Position numbers and translations under genes: made by a program | Part shown: positions 29,378-34,592 of the stretch, piece by piece | Numbering within the stretch: the first letter of the stretch is position 1 | Layout: each line of letters starts with the position of its first letter | DNA from: Candidatus Muiribacteriota bacterium | Lineage (GTDB): Bacteria; Muiribacteriota; Muiribacteriia; Muiribacteriales; Muiribacteriaceae | NCBI GenBank assembly: GCA_051747805.1 | Contig: JBNJGP010000022.1 | Coordinates: forward strand, 1-34,592 | DNA: 34,592 bases | Direction: 5' to 3' | The notes under the pieces: generated by a model | Database searches by the model: none | The model's input: only the letters and a program-made list of their open reading frames with translations | What the model was told of the DNA's origin: nothing

Positions 29378-31017
29378 AAGCTATCTCCTGCAACAAAATA
29401 TCTTTCTGCAGCATTTGCTATTGCCTCGGCAATTTTTTCCTGAATATCGTCCTCAGTCAGAAGATCCGCAATCTCCTTATTAGTTAACATGTTCACCTCT
29501 ATTATAACTGCCGGCATATTTAAATCCCTTAATATTGAAAAACCGCCGCCAAAAATCATTCTTTCAATAAAACCCGTTTTTTCTTCCATCTGTCTGGACA
29601 AAATTCTTGCATATTTTCTACTTTCTTCCATTATAGATGTTCTTTTAAGCTCCACAAGAATTCTATCAGCCTCTGCTTCGTCCTCGATATTCTGTGCTTT
29701 ACTCAAAGTATCTTTCATCTCGGCAAGATGGGCTGTTGAATAATAAAAAATTGAAAAACCTGAAGCGCCTGGATTCTGCGAAGCTCCGGTATGCAGTGAT
29801 ATAAATAAATCCGCCCTTTCTTTGTTGCCGGTGTAAGTCCTGTCAGCATGACTTAGATTAGAATTAGTGCTTCTTGTCATAAAAGGTTCAGCATTTTTAT
29901 TATGAAACTTCTGAAATAATTTTCTTGCTATTGCAAGAGAAATATCTTTTTCATACATACCAAAACTGGTTATACCAGCATCATCTCCGCCATGTCCAGC
30001 ATCTATAACAATTCTTTTACCTTCCAGACTTTCAGAAACACTATCTTGGTCAACCTTAATGGCAGATTGATCTATTATAATATCATCAATACTTTCCATA
30101 AAAATATCTCTGAAGTCAGGATAATACAATTCATCAGAATAATTACTCAAATCTGAAATATCAGAAATTTCTGACAACAAATCAGCAGCATCAGGTAATT
30201 GAATATCATCGACATTCTTATCGCCGGGAACTTCTTCAGCAATTTTTTCAACTTCCCGGGTATCTTCTGTTTCAGATAAAATAATATTTTCAGGATAATC
30301 TTCTAATTCTATAATATCAGAAACACTTATAACAAGGCCCGAAGGATTTACAACCGGTCCAACCTCGATATCAAAACTTTCCCTGAAAGCAATAATTATT
30401 GAACCGGTATTATCATCCTGATTATCTATATTTATTCCCTCAATATACTCATCAGGATAATGTAAATAAGAATCACTTTCTTCAATATAGGTATTAGGAA
30501 AACTTATTATTACAGTATTATTTTCCTTAGTTAAAAAGTACTCACTTCTGCTGAAAGTTTTATCGGCGATAACAAAAATATTTAATCCTTTCTCTGTATT
30601 CTTATACATAAACTTCTCAATATAGGCTTCCTGCTCAAAATCTTCTGGCTGCCAGCTGATATCAAGATCAAGATATTTTACAAAAAACTGAACCGGAAGG
30701 TACACCTCAGATTGAATAATACGAGGAGAATTTTCCAGATTTTCAATTTTGTCATTAATTATAATACTTTTCTGACCAACAGAACCAGAAATCATAAGAT
30801 CCCCAAAATTAATCGCGATTATTCCTGTATCAGAGAAAAAACCATAACGAATTTCAAATTGACTGCAAATTTCAGATAGGGGAAGATAAACAATATCGTT
30901 ATCATCTATTTTTCCGGTAAATCTAATGTCATTAACGTTCACACTTATTGAAGAAAATGAAAATAAAAAAAGATAAAGTGTAAAAATAAAAATTAATGTT
31001 AAAACTTTCTTTGCCAT
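29374..31017 (-). CDS. N-acetylmuramoyl-L-alanine amidase (Amidase_3) with N-terminal stalk/AMIN-like domains
   Basis: Signal peptide. IVIDAGHGG.D.G, EKD, TR, FISLH, ILR...MPAVIIE; Zn ligands and catalytic Glu are present. Confidence 0.9.
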   Translation of the reverse strand: MAKKVLTLIFIFTLYLFLFSFSSISVNVNDIRFTGKIDDNDIVYLPLSEICSQFEIRYGFFSDTGIIAINFGDLMISGSVGQKSIIINDKIENLENSPRIIQSEVYLPVQFFVKYLDLDISWQPEDFEQEAYIEKFMYKNTEKGLNIFVIADKTFSRSEYFLTKENNTVIISFPNTYIEESDSYLHYPDEYIEGINIDNQDDNTGSIIIAFRESFDIEVGPVVNPSGLVISVSDIIELEDYPENIILSETEDTREVEKIAEEVPGDKNVDDIQLPDAADLLSEISDISDLSNYSDELYYPDFRDIFMESIDDIIIDQSAIKVDQDSVSESLEGKRIVIDAGHGGDDAGITSFGMYEKDISLAIARKLFQKFHNKNAEPFMTRSTNSNLSHADRTYTGNKERADLFISLHTGASQNPGASGFSIFYYSTAHLAEMKDTLSKAQNIEDEAEADRILVELKRTSIMEESRKYARILSRQMEEKTGFIERMIFGGGFSILRDLNMPAVIIEVNMLTNKEIADLLTEDDIQEKIAEAIANAAERYFVAGDSL

Positions 31018-31439
31018 TCGCGCTGTATATCCTTCTTTTTTATAGTTTCACGTTTGTCAACTGTTTTCTTACCTTTGGCAAGAGCTATTTCAACTTTTAA
31101 CAGACCTGTTTTAAAATATAATCTTATAGGTACAATTGTCAAGCCTCTTTCTGAAACTTTTGAATATAATTTTTTAATTTCTTTTCTATGCAGAAGTAAC
31201 TTCCTGGGACGAACAGGATCGTGATTTGCATAACCACCCATTTTATATTTTGAAATATGCAGGTTATATAACCAAGCTTCTTTATAATCTATTCTAACAT
31301 AACTGTCTTTAAAATTAATTCCATGATTTCTTGCTGATTTAACCTCAGTACCCTCAAGTACAATCCCAGCCTCAAATTTATCAAGTATATTAAAATCATG
31401 GAAAGCTTTTTTATTTTTAATTAATTCTTTTACTCTCAT
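30999..31439 (-). CDS. smpB: SsrA-binding protein
   Basis: NKKAFHDF, EAGIVLEGTEVKS, RKLLLHRKEI, LAKGKK..DKRE. Confidence 0.97.
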   Translation of the reverse strand: MRVKELIKNKKAFHDFNILDKFEAGIVLEGTEVKSARNHGINFKDSYVRIDYKEAWLYNLHISKYKMGGYANHDPVRPRKLLLHRKEIKKLYSKVSERGLTIVPIRLYFKTGLLKVEIALAKGKKTVDKRETIKKKDIQREWQRKF

Positions 31440-31446
31440 TTAACAC

Positions 31447-32472
31447 TCACTTTTTAATGTAATCACCAATTCTAATACGGTCATTTGTTTCACGGGTTAT
31501 TCTACCATAAGTCAGTTTATCTTCAACTTTTGTAACAAGTACTTCCCCTATTATCTCTTCATCAGAAACACCAAGAATCTCACCAGTTTCAGGGTTTTTA
31601 ATTTCTCTACCATCTCTGTAAATAGTAAAATGTTTTCTGAACTCAAGACCACTTTCAATACCATCAGTCAATCCTGCATTTAAAATAATTTCTTCTCCAT
31701 CCCGTCTTATAACCATAATATCAGGTTCACTATCAACTTTTGAAGAATAATTTTGCAACAGTGGTCTAAGACGCCTGTTTTCCCCAGGGTTAAAATTAAG
31801 AGCATCTTTTATTGTTTTGAGAGCCTCTCTATATTGACCTTCTTTGGCAAATAACTCAGCAAGCAGAATAAAGCGACCGACATTATTTTCATCTAATGTC
31901 AGCCCTTTTCTTAAGTTAAGGTTTGCCTGTTCAAACTGATTAGTATCGAGATAAACATCAGAAAGTCTGAAATAATATTCAGCAATATCAGGATTTAATT
32001 CGATAGCATGCTTTATAAGATTTTCAGCCTGAAAAAATCTTCCTTTTTCTATTTGCCGGATTGCCTGATTAATTATATTTTCAGCCTCTCTCTGTTTATC
32101 TAAAACAGATTGAAGAGAACTGTCAGGATCTGGTATTTCATCAATACTGGAAATTGCCTGTTCTCTTTTTTGAATAGCCTGCCTTGCATCAATAGCTCTT
32201 TCAAAAAATTTCATAGCCTCAGAATAATTATTTCTTTCTTTATGTACCTTTCCTAATAAATAATAGGCCTCAACAAAATCCCGGTCAATTTCTATAACCT
32301 CCATTAAAAAATCAATTGCATCAGTGAAATTTCCCTCTTTAAAAGCCTCTTCGGCCTGGCTAAATAACTCATGAGGGTCTCTGTTACCTGCAACCTGATT
32401 TTCATCAAATGAATAAATTTGGGCGGGTATTATTAAAAAAATAAAAATAAATAGAGTTAATTTTTTTTTCAT
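31447..32472 (-). CDS. Exported TPR-repeat protein with a FlgT-C-like terminal domain
   Basis: Signal peptide, two TPR clusters, C-terminal ILNAG..DGI..G...I.R.G..I..P.TGEILG. Confidence 0.75.
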   Translation of the reverse strand: MKKKLTLFIFIFLIIPAQIYSFDENQVAGNRDPHELFSQAEEAFKEGNFTDAIDFLMEVIEIDRDFVEAYYLLGKVHKERNNYSEAMKFFERAIDARQAIQKREQAISSIDEIPDPDSSLQSVLDKQREAENIINQAIRQIEKGRFFQAENLIKHAIELNPDIAEYYFRLSDVYLDTNQFEQANLNLRKGLTLDENNVGRFILLAELFAKEGQYREALKTIKDALNFNPGENRRLRPLLQNYSSKVDSEPDIMVIRRDGEEIILNAGLTDGIESGLEFRKHFTIYRDGREIKNPETGEILGVSDEEIIGEVLVTKVEDKLTYGRITRETNDRIRIGDYIKK

Positions 32473-32701
32473 AATTTTTTTATTTAATCCTTTTTTTAAG
32501 TATTTTAATTAAAAGGCTCATATATTGTCAAAAAACAGCCTTAAACAGACGTATAATAACCACTAACCAAAACTTTTTCGGTACGTGGTTTTAAATATAT
32601 ATTAAATAAGTTGCATTTTTATTACGATACCTTTATTATTGAAATACAAGATAACCTTGTATAAGCATATATATAATTTTATAAGAGCAAGGGGGCGAAA
32701 C

Positions 32702-33232
32702 ATGAAAAAACTTATTTTTTTAATTTCAGTTACTTTTTTATTCACAACTGCTTTTTCTTTTCAAATTAATAACGCATTTGACCTGATTGATTCTTCAAAA
32801 GAATTATTAAGATTTGAAATGACTCAGGCTGAAAATCAAACTAGACAGGTTATTATTGATATGCTCGATATTGGGGTTCAAAGATGGGGTTTTGAGATTG
32901 ATTATGAATATGAAACAGTAACTATATTTGATAATATTGATCAGACTACTCCTCTGGATGTTGTATCTGAACTTGAATTTACAACTGAAAATAGAAACTA
33001 CTACAGAGGCGTATCTGAATACTTTTCCAATATTGTGGACGATTTTCCTGAATTTGAGCTTATTAAAATATCTGTAAACTTTTTTGAAATTAAAACCGAA
33101 ACAGTTGGTGGTTTTACAGGTTTTGATGAAGTTCATACTGTGAAATTCAACTATGATATTTTAGTAAAAGATAATGTTAACAACAATTTTATTTCAAGAG
33201 AAAATCAGGAAATTATACATCCTGTAAATTAA
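32702..33232 (+). CDS. Hypothetical secreted acidic protein
   Basis: GGGGG RBS before ATG 32702. Signal peptide MKKLIFLISVTFLFTTAFS. No family recognised. Confidence 0.75.
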   Translation: MKKLIFLISVTFLFTTAFSFQINNAFDLIDSSKELLRFEMTQAENQTRQVIIDMLDIGVQRWGFEIDYEYETVTIFDNIDQTTPLDVVSELEFTTENRNYYRGVSEYFSNIVDDFPEFELIKISVNFFEIKTETVGGFTGFDEVHTVKFNYDILVKDNVNNNFISRENQEIIHPVN

Positions 33233-33234
33233 TT

Positions 33235-33263
33235 TAATAAACCCGCGTGCTAATCACGCGGGT
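33235..33263 (-). terminator. Intrinsic terminator downstream of rtcB
   Basis: Perfect stem ACCCGCGTG-CTAAT-CACGCGGGT followed by TTATT on the minus strand, between convergent genes. Confidence 0.8.
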
Positions 33264-33273
33264 AAACTTCTAA

Positions 33274-34428
33274 TTATTTAATAATACCAATTGAGTTTAA
33301 TTTTATCCTTTTTTTTACAAGTTCCTGCTGATGACTTAATACACCTTCAATATCTTTATAAGCCCCAGCATACTCCTCACCAAGACTTTTAATTGAGCTG
33401 GTTTTAATCAGAACACTCCTGGAATTAAATTCCTTTATAATTTCAGACCCCTTGAACTTCTTTCTGGCTTTTTTTCTAGAAAGCACTCTGCCAGCACCAT
33501 GTGAAGCACTATTAAAGCTAATTTCATTCCCCATCCCCTCAAGAATATAACTGGATTTCCCCATACACCCGGGTATTAAAACAATATCACCTTTGCCGGC
33601 CCTTACTGCCCCTTTACGATGAACAAGCACTTTTTTGTTAAAATGATTTTCAAAAGAAGCGTAATTATGATGAATATCATGCTCAAAAATAATTTTTGAC
33701 TCAGAAAAATATGATGAAATAATATTAAAAATTATCTTTCCAATTTGTTTTCTGTTTTCTGCGGCAAACTCAAGACACCAGTCCATAGTTCTTAAGTATT
33801 CTCTACCTTCCGGACTTTTAAATTTCAAAACAGGAATTGATAAATTTTCTTTTTTTGCATATTCTACAGCCAGACAGTTATAGAAATCAGCAGCATTTTT
33901 TCCAATATTTCTAGAACCACAGTGAATCATAATATAAACATTTTTTTTATTATCTATTTGCAGTTCAATAAAATGATTCCCACCACCCAAAGTACCTAAC
34001 TGTTTTTTAATATTTTCAAACTCAGTTTTTAAAATCTGAGCTGGAAGTTTTTTTTCAAAAAAAGAAGATTTTAACGGCTCTTTTCTCCAGTTTGCATGAG
34101 TGGGTATATTTTTTGAAATATCGTTAATAATTTTTTTTAAAGAAGAAGAAGAAATATCATCAACAGTTAAATTTAATTTAATAACTTTAACTCCACACCC
34201 TATATCTACACCCACTGCATTTGGAAATACAAAGTTTTCTGAGGCAAAAACAGTTCCAATTGGCACACTATAACCAGGATGATAATCCGGCATTAAGGCT
34301 ATATGTTTATATGGGATATTTGATTCTGCAAGAGTATCAAGTTCAGAAACGACGCCATTATCGTAGTTGCCACCGGCAGCAAATAAATAGACTGGAACTT
34401 TCCAGTTTTTCTTTTGTATTTTTATCAT
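33274..34428 (-). CDS. rtcB: RtcB-family RNA ligase
   Basis: MPDYH.G..VPIG, VGVDIGCG, LGTLGGGNHF, HCGSR, HNY, HRKGA, SHGAGR, AYKDI. Confidence 0.93.
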   Translation of the reverse strand: MIKIQKKNWKVPVYLFAAGGNYDNGVVSELDTLAESNIPYKHIALMPDYHPGYSVPIGTVFASENFVFPNAVGVDIGCGVKVIKLNLTVDDISSSSLKKIINDISKNIPTHANWRKEPLKSSFFEKKLPAQILKTEFENIKKQLGTLGGGNHFIELQIDNKKNVYIMIHCGSRNIGKNAADFYNCLAVEYAKKENLSIPVLKFKSPEGREYLRTMDWCLEFAAENRKQIGKIIFNIISSYFSESKIIFEHDIHHNYASFENHFNKKVLVHRKGAVRAGKGDIVLIPGCMGKSSYILEGMGNEISFNSASHGAGRVLSRKKARKKFKGSEIIKEFNSRSVLIKTSSIKSLGEEYAGAYKDIEGVLSHQQELVKKRIKLNSIGIIK

Positions 34429-34474
34429 ATAATATATTTTACAATAAAATTTTATATTTATAAATAGAAAAAGC

Positions 34475-34556
34475 GATAGAAGCCGTGAGAGGTGAGAAGA
34501 GCCGTGAAAAGTGAGAAGTGAGAAGTAAGAAGTAAGGAGCCGATTAGAGCAAGAGC
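34475..34556 (+). repeat. Degenerate heptamer tandem repeat (GTGAGAA consensus) in an intergenic element
   Basis: GATAGAAGCC-GTGAGAG-GTGAGAA-GAGCC-GTGAAAA-GTGAGAA-GTGAGAA-GTAAGAA-GTAAGGA-GCCGATT-AGAGCAAGAGC. Confidence 0.85.
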
Positions 34557-34592
34557 TTAAAATTTATTACGAAACAAAATAAAGCGAGTGGT

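Noticed and set aside
32473..32701. tmRNA (ssrA) or other ncRNA near smpB
   Set aside because: AT-rich divergent promoter region with no tRNA-like ends or GC-rich stems.
33274..34428. Rtc RNA-repair operon
   Set aside because: Only rtcB is present; no rtcA, rtcR, archease, Ro/Y-RNA or prfH within the window.
2666..34463. Short ORFs lying antisense or off-frame within larger genes (e.g. 2666-2899, 14455-14835, 15892-16272, 19766-20062, 20530-20856, 32807-33136)
   Set aside because: Shadows of better-supported genes, with no recognisable motifs.
34485..34538. CRISPR array
   Set aside because: 7-bp tandem units without unique spacers; no cas genes.

Overview
AT-rich bacterial chromosomal window from a diderm (two predicted outer-membrane beta-barrels). 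It is densely coding: housekeeping genes (typA, carD, smpB, rtcB), a purine-hydroxylase (xanthine dehydrogenase-type) operon with a nearby allantoinase-like gene, envelope and secreted proteins, and treT. I saw no transposase, integrase, CRISPR array, rRNA or tRNA. Highlights: (1) an intact three-gene operon in which the NamZ-like and NagZ-like peptidoglycan-recycling enzymes have both lost their catalytic motifs, followed by a beta-barrel protein; (2) two ~175-180 bp elements with identical 24-bp inverted arms but divergent, apparently oppositely oriented AT-rich cores, each abutting a stop codon; (3) a 280-bp hairpin/repeat-rich spacer inside the xdh operon that shares a GATAGAAGCMGTGA head and tandem-repeat layout with a tract at the window end; (4) a stand-alone membrane mini-protein ending in a FliF-like C-terminal motif. 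All family calls come from motif recognition by eye, not database searches.
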